The notes below the pieces were generated by a model. The model searched no databases. It saw only the letters and a program-made list of their open reading frames with translations, and had not been told where the DNA came from. A DNA stretch of 64,000 nt, from contig CAVYZQ010000034.1 in assembly GCA_963772995.1 (NCBI GenBank), positions 47,050 through 111,049 on the forward strand, given 5' to 3'. Positions within the stretch are counted from its first letter, which is position 1. Each line of letters starts with the position of its first letter. The translations under genes were made by a program, and so were the position numbers. Positions 26,448 to 36,512 of the stretch are shown here, piece after piece. Origin of the DNA: an uncultured Chloroflexia bacterium (GTDB lineage: Bacteria > Chloroflexota > Limnocylindria > Limnocylindrales > CSP1-4).

Positions 26448-27284
26448 TTATCCCCGCGGCAACAGGTTCCACGCCGCGACGACCACCCCGAGGATGACCA
26501 GCACTCCCAGCCGGCCAAGCCATCGCGGGTCGCGCCGGCGTGCCGGGGCGGCGCCGGCGAAGGCGTCCCACAGATAGAAGACCAGGGTCAGCAGCGCCGG
26601 CCCGACCAGGCGCGGGATCTCCATCGCGCGGAGCGTCGCGGCAGCGATGGCAATGGCCGCCCCGTAGGTCAGGGCGGACCACAGCGCCTCCCGTGCCGTG
26701 ATGACCCGGAGCGCGGCGACGCGATAGCCGAGCAGCGCCGCCAGGATCGCGTCGCCGGCGATGAGGACCGCGAGGTACGACGACCCGGGCGCCTCGGAGG
26801 TGGAGTCCCCGATCAGCCCGCCGGGCACCATCGCGGCGACGCCGGTGAACGCGAGGAACGCGACCAGGAGCGTCGTCACCTGGATGGCCGTGAGGTCGTC
26901 GGCGGACAGCGCCCCGATCGACCGGTGGATGCGTGATTCGAGGGCAAGGGTCCGCCCCACGATCAGGAACGTGGCCGCCAGCGCGGGCACCAGCCAGAGC
27001 CCGAACGGGATGAGGCGGATCGAGCCCAGGCAGGCGATGGCAGCCACCGACGGCAGGATGAGGGCCTCGACCGGGACCCCCGCCCAGGCCTCGGCAGGAC
27101 CCGCATCGTCACTCAGGACCTGGAGTGTGCCGAGGAGCATCGCTCCGAGCAGCAGACCCGCGACCAGCCAGACCAGGGGCGGTTCGAGCAGCCGCGACAG
27201 GCCGACCACGGTCACGGCCACGAGTGCCAGGTCGCGCCGTGCGGACCGCACCTCCATCGACTCGATGGTACGCGACTCGATCAC
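26448..27284 (-). CDS. polytopic integral membrane protein, function unknown
   Basis: 6-7 hydrophobic spans. GTG 27284 overlaps the polX stop (GTGA). The alternative ATG is 27257 (MEVRSARRD). Confidence 0.6.
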   Translation of the reverse strand: MIESRTIESMEVRSARRDLALVAVTVVGLSRLLEPPLVWLVAGLLLGAMLLGTLQVLSDDAGPAEAWAGVPVEALILPSVAAIACLGSIRLIPFGLWLVPALAATFLIVGRTLALESRIHRSIGALSADDLTAIQVTTLLVAFLAFTGVAAMVPGGLIGDSTSEAPGSSYLAVLIAGDAILAALLGYRVAALRVITAREALWSALTYGAAIAIAAATLRAMEIPRLVGPALLTLVFYLWDAFAGAAPARRRDPRWLGRLGVLVILGVVVAAWNLLPRG

Positions 27285-29147
27285 ACGCGCCCGGGCTTCC
27301 CGCCGGCCCAGGCAAGCAGGTCGGCGCGGGGCCAGGTGTTGACGACCGTCGGCGCCTCGATCCATGCGCGGCGCGCCTGGCTGGTGCCCCAGCGGACGTC
27401 GTCGAGCTCGTCCCAGTCGTGGGCGTCGGAGTCGATGGCGATGAGGCAGCCCATCCCGACCGCGCGCCGGGCCCGCTCGACCGCAAGATCGAGTCGCGCC
27501 GGTGAGCCGTTCATCTCGAGCGCCGTGCCGGTCCGAGCGGCCTCGGAGTAGACGACGTCCCAGTCGAGGTCGAGATCGTCTCGCATCCCGATCTTGCGAC
27601 CGGCGGGGTGCGCGATCATGTCCACGTGCGGGCTGCGGATGCCGGCAAGCGTCCGACGGGTCAGCTCCGCTCGCGTCTGGCGACGGCTGACATGGACAGA
27701 TGCCACGACGATATCGAACCGCGCGAGCAGGTCGTCGTCGTAGTCGAGCGTGCCGTCCGCCCGGATCTCCAGCTCGCAGCCGTGGAGGAGCCGGAATCCC
27801 TCCGGCGGCGTCTCGGCCGGCGCGATGCCGGCCGCTTCCTCCGCCGCGAACCGCTCATTGAGCGCGGCGATGATCCGAGCCTCCTCGGCGACCCGGTCGG
27901 GCGCGAGGCCGCGCGCGATCGCGAGCGACTGCGTGTGATCGGTCAACACCTGATAGGCATAGCCGCGTCGCCGTGCGTGCTCGGCCATGACTTCGATCGG
28001 CTGGTGACCGTCCGACCAGTCCGAATGGCTGTGCAGGTCGCCGCGCAGGTCGCGCTTCTCGATGAGAGTCGGGAGCCGGCCCGCGAGGGCAGCCTCGATC
28101 TCGCCACTGTCCTCGCGCAGCTCGGGCGCGATGTACGGCAGCCCGAGGAATGCGTACGCCTCGGTCTCCGAGGCGAACGTGCGAAGCTCCGCCGCGGCCC
28201 CGGTCAGCGGCTCGCCGGTCTCGTCGATGCGCAGGAAACCCTTCTCCGAGAGGCTCCAGCCGAGGTCGCGGGCGCGCTCGCGGAGTCGCACGTTGTGCTC
28301 CTTGGAGCCCGTGAAGTGGATCCGGTAGGTGCCGGCCTCGCCGGGCGGCATCACCATGAGATCGACCTGTGGCCCGCGCATCAGCCGAACGGCGGCCTTG
28401 TAGCCGCCGCGGTTGAGGACCGACTCCACGAGCCCGAACGCGGTGAACGCGTCGATCAACTTCGCGGGCTGGTCCGTCTCGGCCAGGAGGTCGAGGTCGC
28501 CGATCGACTCGAGCCGGCGGCGATAGGAGCCCGCCGGTTCGATGCTTCGCACTCCCGGCGTCGTCCCGAGCGCCTCGATGAGCATGCCCGTCAGCTGCTC
28601 GGCGCGGTGCAGCAGCATCCTGTCGAACCGGTCCTCGAGGCGCTCGATCCCCTCGAGGACGAGCGCCTCGGTGCGGGCGGACATGCCGCGCTGCTCGCGG
28701 AGGCGGCCCGACTCGGCAGCCCGGCGGAGGTCGTCGACGGTCTCGACGCCGAGGTCCTGGTGGAGCTGTCGCACGGTCTTGGGGCCCAGGCCCGGGATCC
28801 GCAGGAGCGCGACAAGACTGGGCGGCACCTCGGCGCGGAGCCGGTCATGGAAGGCCATGCTGGCCGGTCCGCGCCAGTTCGTCGATCTTGTCGCTGATCG
28901 CCTGGCCGACTCCCGCGATCTTCGGCCTGGTGCCCGATCGGTAGGCGCTGATCACGTCGAACGGGCTGCGTCCGATGGCATCCGCCGCGCGATGGTAGGC
29001 GACCACCTTGAACCCGAGCTCGCCCTTGAGCTCGACCATGTCGCCGATCTCGTGGAACATCCGCGCGAGGTCGCCGTTGGTGAGATCGGTCGCCTCCGCG
29101 GTGAGGTCGGGCGGGTCGTCGGGCCGGTCGTACTTGTCGACGATCAC
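27281..29147 (-). CDS. polX: DNA polymerase/3'-5' exonuclease PolX (Pol-beta-like domain + PHP domain) with one frame break near 28850
   Basis: N-terminal HhH part: NGDLARMFHEIGDMVELKGE..FKVVAYHRAA..IAGVGQAISDKIDEL. Then LLRIPGLGPKTV, GSYRRRLESIGDLDLL, the PHP motifs GDLHSHSDWSDG, LTDHT, ELEI, SVH and DSDAH. Confidence 0.85.
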
Positions 29148-29248
29148 TTCGTCGGGTCGGTGGGCGGCGCTGCGGTCGCCTGGTTCACGGGTGGGTTCGA
29201 TCGTCCGCCGGATGAGTCGATTTGTCGGTCACGCGCCGATGGTAGCGG

Positions 29249-30641
29249 TCAGGCGGCGACGACCCGGTCGCGGCCCGCGCGCTTGGCCAGGTAGAGGGCG
29301 CGATCTGCCTCTGCGACGACTTCGGCGATCGGCTGGTCGGCGACCCGCGCCACGGCCACGCCGACCGACACCGAGACCGGCGGTATGCCGAGCCGGCTGA
29401 GACCATCTGCCCGACCGCCGCCCGAACCCGCTCTCCCACGTCCAGTGCGACCTCGGGGCTCGGGTTGCGCAGCAGGACGACGAACTCCTCGCCTCCGTAG
29501 CGTGCCGGCACGTCGTCCTCGCGCACGGCCCCGACGACGGCCGCGCCGATGGATCGCAGCACCTCGTCGCCGTTGTGGTGCCCGTACGTGTCGTTGAGGA
29601 GCTTGAACCGGTCGACGTCGATCATCAGCACGCCCACGGCGTCGCCCGCCCGCCGGCGCCGGGCGAGGAGTCCGCAGAACTCGTCGAAGTAGCGGCGATT
29701 TGGAAGCCCGGTGAGCGCGTCCGTGGACGCCCGCGTCTCCGCGTCGCGCTGCGAGGTGACCCGCGACAGCGCGGCGGACGCCTCCATCGCCGCTCCGCCG
29801 AGGAGCCGCCGTGTCGCGGGCGACCACCAGGCGTCGGGAGTCCGGTGTGACAGGACGATCGCGCCGATGGCCACTCCCTCGACGGTCAGCGGGGCGGCGA
29901 GGGTGTTGGTCAGGCCGTAGACGGTCCGCGTCTCGTGCGCGCGATCCGGTCGGCGATCCGCTGGAGGTCGGCGGGCGGGCCGGGTTGTTCGGGCACCGCG
30001 GACGGGCCTTGAGTGCCGGCCGACGGCACTGCCGCGAGGCGGGTCGCCATCCCGCCGACGATGCCGCGGACTCCGACGGCGAGCCCCGCCGTCGCCGGCA
30101 CCGGTTCGATCGACTCAGGCAGGACCGGGACGGCGACTGGATCGCGACGGGGCGTGGGCCCCCCGTCGGGGAGCGGGTCCTCCAGGTCGCCGATCGGCAG
30201 CATCGTGATCGAGTGCCCGACCCCGGGCCTCGAGCTGACCAGACGGGCCTCGAGGATGCGGGCGTCACCGCGACGGCGTGCGACGACGATGTGGTCCGCG
30301 CCGGTCGCGCGGGCGAGCTCGTCGACGATGGCCGCCACCACCGCGTCGGGCGAGACCGAGTGCGACAGGTTCGAGAGGATCCGCGCGAACGACTCCGCCT
30401 CTGCCCGGCGACCGGCCTCGAGATCGGCGACGGCTCCGCGGTGCTCGATCGCCGCGATGCCCACGCCGAGGACGAGCGCTCCGATGAGAAGGTCGATCGG
30501 GCCGGCGCTGCCCGCCAGCAGCTGGAGGATGACGATGGCGACCAGCGCGACGAAGGTGCCGGCGAATGCCCACCACGCCCGGCGGATGCGTCGGTCCGAC
30601 GGACCCGGAGTCCGCGTCGGATCGGTGGGGGTGGCATGCAC
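29249..30641 (-). CDS. membrane-anchored GAF-like/GGDEF diguanylate cyclase with two frame breaks (~29935, ~29400)
   Basis: GTG 30641. TM WWAFAGTFVALVAIVILQLL. ..DALTGLPNRRYF..MIDVDRFKLLNDTYGHHNGDEVL..RYGGEEFVVLL (GGEEF active site). The tail ..SVSVGVA...ADRALYLAKRAGRDRV lies in a third frame. Confidence 0.8.
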
Positions 30642-31012
30642 GTCGGAAAGACAGGATGGAGGTTGCCGGACGCCGCGTCCAGTCGGCTCGGTACCAAGGT
30701 GGGACGGTACCTTCGTACCAGTGGTGAAGGGCCGGCGACGCCAGTGTGGAGCGGGCGGCATCGCGCGGTACGTCGACGATCGATCGCCGCGCGTTCATCG
30801 ACGCCGCTTCGAAGCGGTCATGACGCGGCTCGGGGCCGGAATCCGCCCGATCGGGCGCCTCGGGGGCTCGTTCACAGCTCAGTGCTCGGCCCGTGATCGG
30901 CGAGGCCGATACCGCGGGCGCTTCGCGCAGGGTACGGCGTCGGGCGCCGACGGCAGGCGCCAGATGAACACCCAGCGTGCGATCGCAGGCTCCCTCGGGG
31001 AGCGGCCCTTCG

Positions 31013-31042
31013 TTGACCGTGGAACGGCCCTGGGACTACACT
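31013..31042 (+). promoter_or_regulatory. candidate promoter of the MgtE-module/NRAMP operon (TTGACC-18-TACACT)
   Basis: cgTTGACCgtggaacggccctgggacTACACT lies ~195 nt upstream of the start codon. Confidence 0.35.
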
Positions 31043-31048
31043 CCGGCG

Positions 31049-31238
31049 GCGTCGCGGGCCACGCGTCCACGGCCGTCTCATTCCGCTCCGAGGCTCCTGC
31101 ATCCCGTGGACGACGGTCCCAGTCCCACCGGCGCCCAGTGCGCCGCCAGCACCAGTGAACCGGTTCGTCCCGCCTCCTGAGGGCTGATCGCGACCCAGAC
31201 GGGTCGCGCCACCCGCGGCGGGACGGCCCGCACGCGAG
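31049..31238 (+). promoter_or_regulatory. long structured 5' leader; weak M-box-like (Mg2+ riboswitch) candidate
   Basis: It contains GAGGCUCCUG (31090-31099), identical to the conserved 5' core of the B. subtilis mgtE M-box as I remember it. Several GC hairpins are present (GGCGC-ccagu-GCGCC; GCGACCC-agac-GGGTCGC). The rest of the consensus was not recognised. Confidence 0.2.
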
Positions 31239-32507
31239 GTGGCATCCATGCTCTACCTGAGCCAAGCCATCGGCCGGCCCGTGCTCGACGCCGACGGCGA
31301 ACCCCTGGGCAAGGTCGACGACCTGATCGTCGCCCTCGGCGGCCGCTATCCATCGGTCACCGGCCTGGTCGTCGCGACCGATCGGCGTCGGATCTTCCTG
31401 CCGTGGTCGAGCGTCGCACGCTTCGATGAGGCCGGCGCCCGCCTGTCGAGCGACCGGATCGACATCACGCGGTTCCAGCAGCGGCCCGACGAGATCCGCC
31501 TGCGGACCGACCTGCTCGACAAGCAGATCGTCGACATCGACGGGCGCAAGGTGGTGCGGGTCAACGACCTGCGGCTGGACGATGTGGACGGCCGGCTCCA
31601 CCTGGTGGCGGTCGACGTCGGCGCCTCCGGACTCCTCCGCCGGCTCGGTCTCGAGCGCGGCTATCGCGTCCTCGCCCGGAACCTGCGGCTGCCGACCCCG
31701 GAGCGCTACATCGACTGGGAGGACGTGGACCCCGTCGAGACGAGCGTCGCCTCGATCAAGCTGCGCGTGCCGCACGCCGGGCTCAAGGAGCTCCACCCGG
31801 CCGACCTCGCCACGATCATCGACCAGCTGGCGCCGCGCGACCGGGCGGGAGTGCTGGCGGCTCTCGACGACGAGGCAGCCGCCGACGCCATCGAGGAGAT
31901 GGAGCCCGACACCCAGGTCGAGGTCCTCGAGGGGCTGGCCCCCGAGCGGGCCGCCGACATCCTCGAGGAGATGTCGCCCGACGACGCAGCCGACCTTGTC
32001 GCCGACCTCTCCGACGAGACCCGCGAGGAGCTGCTTGCGCTCATGGAACGCGAGGAGGCCGACGAGTTGGGCGGCCTGCTCGCCTACCCGGAGGACACGG
32101 CCGGCGGGATGATGACGACCGAGTTCGTCGCGGTCCCGGCTCACCTGACGGCCGCCCAGACGATCGACCGCCTGCGCGAGCTCGAGCCCGACGCCGAGAC
32201 GATCTACTACGTCTACGTGGTCGACGACGAAGGGCACCTGGTCGGCGTGCTGTCGCTGCGCGACCTGATCGTGGCCCGGCCCGAGACCTCGATCGCCAGC
32301 GTCATGATCGACGACCCGGTCGCGGTCGCGGTCGACGCGGATCATGACGACGTCGCTGGCGCCGTCGCGCGCTACAACCTGCTGGCCGTGCCGGTCATCG
32401 ACGTCGAGCGTCACCTGGTGGGGATCGTCACGGTCGATGACGCGATCGACACCATCCTGCCCGCCAGCTGGCGGCGGCGCGTGACGCGCGCGGGGACACG
32501 GGAGTAG
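31239..32507 (+). CDS. stand-alone MgtE cytoplasmic module (PRC-barrel-like repeats + MgtE_N + CBS pair) with no transmembrane domain
   Basis: Intact 422 aa (GTG 31239 or ATG 31248). MgtE_N acidic helices: LHPADLATIIDQL..AADILEEMSPDDAADLVADL. CBS pair: MTTEFVAV..YVYVVDDEGHLVGVLSLRDLI..LAVPVIDVERHLVGIVTVDD. It stops 3 nt before the transporter gene. Confidence 0.8.
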   Translation: MASMLYLSQAIGRPVLDADGEPLGKVDDLIVALGGRYPSVTGLVVATDRRRIFLPWSSVARFDEAGARLSSDRIDITRFQQRPDEIRLRTDLLDKQIVDIDGRKVVRVNDLRLDDVDGRLHLVAVDVGASGLLRRLGLERGYRVLARNLRLPTPERYIDWEDVDPVETSVASIKLRVPHAGLKELHPADLATIIDQLAPRDRAGVLAALDDEAAADAIEEMEPDTQVEVLEGLAPERAADILEEMSPDDAADLVADLSDETREELLALMEREEADELGGLLAYPEDTAGGMMTTEFVAVPAHLTAAQTIDRLRELEPDAETIYYVYVVDDEGHLVGVLSLRDLIVARPETSIASVMIDDPVAVAVDADHDDVAGAVARYNLLAVPVIDVERHLVGIVTVDDAIDTILPASWRRRVTRAGTRE

Positions 32508-32510
32508 CGG

Positions 32511-33827
32511 GTGCTGTTGCCCATCGCGCGCTTCCGCGAGCGGATCGCGTCGCGCCGCCTCGTCAGGCTGCGCGGCCGGTTCCGAGGGCGGCGCGGCCTC
32601 CTCGCCTTCCTCGCGGTCGTCGGTCCGGGGCTCATCGCGGGGATCGCCGGCAACGACGCCGGCGGCATCACGACCTACAGCGTCATGGGTGCCACCACGG
32701 GGCTGACCCTGCTGTGGATCTTTCCGATCACCATCGCGATCCTCGCCATCGTCCAGGAGATGGCCGCCCGGCTGGGCGTCGTCACCGGACAGGGGCTGTC
32801 CGACCTGATCCGGGACCGGTTCGGGGTTCGCCCGACCGCGTTCGCGATGATCGTCCTGCTCGTGGCAAACGTCGCGAACACCGTCGCGGAGTTCTCCGGG
32901 GCCGCGGCGGCGCTCGAGATCTTCGGGATCTCGCGCTATGTCGTGGTGCCGATCGTCGGCGTCGCCATCTGGGCGCTGGTCATCAAGGCCAGCTATCGCA
33001 CCGTCGAGCGCGTGTTCCTGTCGGTCATCGTCGTGTTCCTGGCGTACATCGCGTCCGCGGTGCTGGCGGACCCGGACTGGGGCGAGGTGGGCCGGGCGCT
33101 CGTGACCCCCTCGTTCGACCTGACGCCGGCGGAGCTCCTGCTGATGGTCGCGGTGGTGGGCACCACGATCACCCCGTACATGCAGTTCTACCTGACGAGC
33201 GCCGTGGCCGAGAAGGGCATCAGCGAGGACGAGCTGGGCCTCGAGCAGGCCGATTCGATCGTCGGCTCGGTCTGGACCAACGTCATCGCGATCTTCATCG
33301 TGGTCGCCGCGGCCAGCACGCTTGGCGTCGCGACCGGGACGATCTCGTCTGCTGCGGACGCCGCGCAGGCCCTCGAGCCAGTCGCGGGACGGCTCGCCGA
33401 AGCACTCTTCGCGGTGGGCCTGTTCGGGGCGAGCGTCCTGGCAGCCACGATCATGCCGCTCTCGACGGCATTCGTGATCTGCGAAGCCTTCGGCTGGGAG
33501 TCGGGCGTCGACAAGCGTTTCGGCGACGCGCGGGCCTTCTTCTCGATCTATACGTTCGTCCTGGCTGTCGGGGCGCTCGTGGTGCTGATCCCCGGACTCG
33601 ATCTGCTTCCGGTCATCATCGCCTCGCAGAACCTGCAGGGCCTGCTCCTGCCGGTCGTGCTCGTGTTCATGGTCCTGCTGGTCAACGACCGGCGGCTGAT
33701 GGGCGACCGCCGCAACGGGCGCGTGGCGAATGCGCTCGCCTGGTCGGCGGTCGGCCTGGTGATCGCGCTCGATGCCGTGCTTCTGGGAGTGACGGCGCTC
33801 GGATTTGCGGGGATCACGGTCGGATAG
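32511..33827 (+). CDS. NRAMP/SLC11-family transporter with non-canonical metal-site motifs (NRMT-like, possibly Mg2+)
   Basis: GTG 32511 lies behind GGAG. 11 TM-like spans. TM1 reads GPGLIAGIAGNDAGGITTY (DAGG instead of DPGN). TM6 reads VVGTTITPYMQFYL (T..TPY instead of A..MPH). Confidence 0.8.
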   Translation: MLLPIARFRERIASRRLVRLRGRFRGRRGLLAFLAVVGPGLIAGIAGNDAGGITTYSVMGATTGLTLLWIFPITIAILAIVQEMAARLGVVTGQGLSDLIRDRFGVRPTAFAMIVLLVANVANTVAEFSGAAAALEIFGISRYVVVPIVGVAIWALVIKASYRTVERVFLSVIVVFLAYIASAVLADPDWGEVGRALVTPSFDLTPAELLLMVAVVGTTITPYMQFYLTSAVAEKGISEDELGLEQADSIVGSVWTNVIAIFIVVAAASTLGVATGTISSAADAAQALEPVAGRLAEALFAVGLFGASVLAATIMPLSTAFVICEAFGWESGVDKRFGDARAFFSIYTFVLAVGALVVLIPGLDLLPVIIASQNLQGLLLPVVLVFMVLLVNDRRLMGDRRNGRVANALAWSAVGLVIALDAVLLGVTALGFAGITVG

Positions 33828-33833
33828 CGCGCG

Positions 33834-34042
33834 TGGTGCGTGTGGACCGGCCCGTGCTGTCGGCACTCGACACCGCCGTCTGTTGCGTCGCTTCGCACCC
33901 AAGCATCGTCGCGACGGCGTTCCCCGCGGCCCGGCAAGCCCTCCAGTCGGCATTGGTAGCGCCTGACATCCCATGGCCGGGTGACGGGATCATCTGGGTG
34001 GGAAAACCCTCGAGCCAGTACGCCCGGACCCGGGCTGCTTGA
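33834..34042 (+). CDS. possible small ORF (69 aa) in the convergent gap after the NRAMP gene
   Basis: GTG 33834 gives VVRVDRPVLSALDTAVCCVASHPSIVATAFPAARQALQSALVAPDIPWPGDGIIWVGKPSSQYARTRAA. About 80% G/C at third positions (counted by hand). No homology recognised and no SD. Confidence 0.2.
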
Positions 34043-34085
34043 TGAGGGCGCGGCCCGCGGACGGCCCCGGGCCGGCGTTCGCGGG

Positions 34086-34928
34086 CTACTGGGCCACGGC
34101 CGAGAGCACGTCGGCCGAGAGGGCGTTGCGCTCGGGCGCCCAGCGGAGCGCGAGCGTGCGGTCGGCAAGGTCGAGGTCGATGTCCGCGGCGACCACCCCG
34201 GTCTGTCCGTACGGGAGGCTCGCGACCAACGTGCCGTCCGGGGCGATGATGCCGGTGATCGAGCCCTGGTCCGGCGCCGCCACGTTGGACGCGGCAACGT
34301 AGACCGTGTTCTCGAGCGCCCGGCAGAGCAGTGCCTTCTCGTTGTACGGGTTCGACGCGTCGCACCAGCGGGTCGGCAGCGTTCCATCCCCGGTCGTCAC
34401 GTAATGTGGAGCGAAGATGATCCGTGCTCCGCCGAGCACGAGCGCCCGGCCGATCTCCGGATAGCGGAAGCCCTCATGGCAGATGGCGATCCCGAACGTG
34501 GCGCCGGCGGCGGTGAACACCCGCCGGCCGGACCCGGGGACATACCAGCGCTCCTCGGTCGGATCGATCTGGGTCTTGACCTGCTCGCCGAGCCGGTTGC
34601 CATCGACGCCGAGCACGAACGACACGATCTCGCGACCGGCGAGCGTCGGTCGCTCGGCGCCGACGATCGTTACCACGCGGGCCCTCCGGGCCGCCTCGGC
34701 GACGACCTCGACGGCCTCCTCGATGGCCTCGGCCGACACGTCGGCGACCCGCCGGGCCTGGTCGCGATGCCCGGGGAGCCCGGTCTCAGGCAGGCAGACG
34801 ATGGCGGCCCCCAGCCGTCCGGCCTCTTCGACCGCGGCGACAGCCGCGGGCACCGCCTCGTCCAGGGTCGCGGTCAGGGGCGTCGAGGCGACCGCGATTC
34901 GGATCGTAGACGTCGACTCGCCTTCCAC
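34086..34928 (-). CDS. carbon-nitrogen hydrolase (nitrilase superfamily) protein
   Basis: GTG 34928, directly after the upstream stop. The E-K-C triad context is present: IVCLPET.., ..KTQIDP.., GIAICHEGFRYPE. Confidence 0.75.
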   Translation of the reverse strand: MEGESTSTIRIAVASTPLTATLDEAVPAAVAAVEEAGRLGAAIVCLPETGLPGHRDQARRVADVSAEAIEEAVEVVAEAARRARVVTIVGAERPTLAGREIVSFVLGVDGNRLGEQVKTQIDPTEERWYVPGSGRRVFTAAGATFGIAICHEGFRYPEIGRALVLGGARIIFAPHYVTTGDGTLPTRWCDASNPYNEKALLCRALENTVYVAASNVAAPDQGSITGIIAPDGTLVASLPYGQTGVVAADIDLDLADRTLALRWAPERNALSADVLSAVAQ

Positions 34929-34930
34929 GC

Positions 34931-36406
34931 TCAGCGATGCTCCTCGGAGGCGTGATGCCCGCCTTCGGGCAACGCGCCGCCGACCGGACCATCGCCCGGA
35001 CCTTCCCCTCCCCCGCCGACCGCGACCGGGTAGCCGTCTGCCGTCCACTCGTCCAGACCGCCGTCGACCCAGCTGACGCGGGCGAAACCGGCCGCCCGCA
35101 GCAGCGAGGCCGCAACGCTCGATCGGTACCCGGTCGCGCAGACGGTCGCGATCTCCCGGTCGCGCGGAAGCCGGTCGAGGACCTCGGGCAACGCACCCGC
35201 TCCGATGTGGAGCGAGCCCGGGATATGACCCTCCTCGAACTCGGACTGCTGCCGCACGTCGATGACCAGGGGCGCTTCCGGACCGCCCGCCGAGAGCTCC
35301 GAAGCGAGCCCCGAGATGTCGAGCGCGGCGCCTTCCTCGACCGGTCGTCCGGACCGGCGCCAGGCGTCGAACCCCCCGTCGACATGGCCGAGCACCCCGT
35401 CGTATCCGATGCGCAGCGCCTGGCGGGCGAGGTCGTCGAGATCGGCGACGTCGTCGACAAGCAGGACGACGGGCGCCTCCGGATCCACCACCCAGCCGAG
35501 CCACGTGCCGAATGACGGCCCGGCCGCGATCGACACGGAGCCAGCCGGGTGTTCCCGCGCGTGGGCCTGGGTCGAGCGCGCGTCGACCACGACCGCCCCG
35601 CGCGCGAGGGCCTGCTCGAGCCCGTCACCCGACAGCGGCTCGATGGCCGGGACGACACCTCCGAGCAACGGCGGACCTGCCTGGTTCATCGGTCTCATGC
35701 GGGCGAAATAGCGCGGGAACGCCGGCTGCCCCGCAAGGAGAGCGCGCGCGAACTCATCGACCTCCATCGGCGCGAGGAGCGGATCGTGGCGTCGCTCGTA
35801 GCCGAGCGTGGACCACGACGTCGCGGCGATGTTCGCCGAGCAGAGCGAGCCCGCACCGTGGGTCGGGTAGATCATCACCGAGTCCTCGTGGGGCAGGATG
35901 ACCTCGTGCAGGGAGCGGTACATGGCCGCCGAGAATGCGGCGGCGTTCTCCGCGCCGAGCAGGTCGGTCCGCCCGACCGACCCGACGAGCAGCGAGCCAC
36001 CGGTCAGGAGCAGGAACGGCTCGTCGGATCGCGCCGTGTCGGCGACCTCGTAGGAGACGTGCTCGGGAGTGTGGCCGGGCGTATCGAGCGTCCGGAAGCG
36101 GACGCTTCCCACGTCGAAGGCGTCGCCGTCGCGAGCGGGCTGGTGCTCGTAGCAGAGTGCGGCGCCGACTCCGATGACGTGAGTCGCGCCGGTCAGACCC
36201 GCCAGGTCGCGGCCACCGGAGACGTAGTCGTTGTGGAGGTGGGTCTCGACGACGTGGCTGATGCGAAGACCCTCGGCGGCCGCGGCCTGCAGATACACGT
36301 CGACGTCGCGGCGCGGGTCGACGACCGCGGCGACGCCGGCGCCCTCGTCGGCGACGATCGTCGAGAGATGACCCAGCCCCTCGATCCGGTACTGCGTGAC
36401 GCGCAC
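34931..36406 (-). CDS. MBL-fold hydrolase (persulfide-dioxygenase-like) fused to two rhodanese domains
   Basis: ETHLHNDYVSG (HxHxD), TPGHTPEH, then rhodanese modules ..VVDARS..H..GS and ..VIDVRQQSEFEEGHIPGSLHI...TVCATGYRSS (active-site Cys loop). The GTG near 36406 is preferred. Confidence 0.8.
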   Translation of the reverse strand: MRVTQYRIEGLGHLSTIVADEGAGVAAVVDPRRDVDVYLQAAAAEGLRISHVVETHLHNDYVSGGRDLAGLTGATHVIGVGAALCYEHQPARDGDAFDVGSVRFRTLDTPGHTPEHVSYEVADTARSDEPFLLLTGGSLLVGSVGRTDLLGAENAAAFSAAMYRSLHEVILPHEDSVMIYPTHGAGSLCSANIAATSWSTLGYERRHDPLLAPMEVDEFARALLAGQPAFPRYFARMRPMNQAGPPLLGGVVPAIEPLSGDGLEQALARGAVVVDARSTQAHAREHPAGSVSIAAGPSFGTWLGWVVDPEAPVVLLVDDVADLDDLARQALRIGYDGVLGHVDGGFDAWRRSGRPVEEGAALDISGLASELSAGGPEAPLVIDVRQQSEFEEGHIPGSLHIGAGALPEVLDRLPRDREIATVCATGYRSSVAASLLRAAGFARVSWVDGGLDEWTADGYPVAVGGGGEGPGDGPVGGALPEGGHHASEEHR

Positions 36407-36512
36407 CGACGCAGCGTACAACGGCAGGCACCCAGCCTCCGAAGGCCCGCCGCGGCGACGTGACGCTTCGCCGAACGACATGGTCCCGGGTCCCGACTGC
36501 TACGCTCGACCG

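Noticed and set aside
29181-29215. GGGTTCGATCG resembling a tRNA T-loop in the polX/GGDEF gap
   Set aside because: The flanking bases cannot form a T-stem (GGTGG versus CGTCC). No acceptor or anticodon arms can be drawn. No other tRNA-like T-loop (GGTTCGA[AG]TCC with paired flanks) lies in non-coding DNA.
30879-33974. 1031-aa ORF on the minus strand, the longest in the ORF track
   Set aside because: It lies entirely antisense to the well-supported MgtE-module and NRAMP genes. Its composition is dominated by Arg/Asp/Gly/Pro/His runs (..DRDRDRVVDHDAGDRGLGPGHDQ..) and it has no recognisable motif. It is a typical high-GC shadow ORF.
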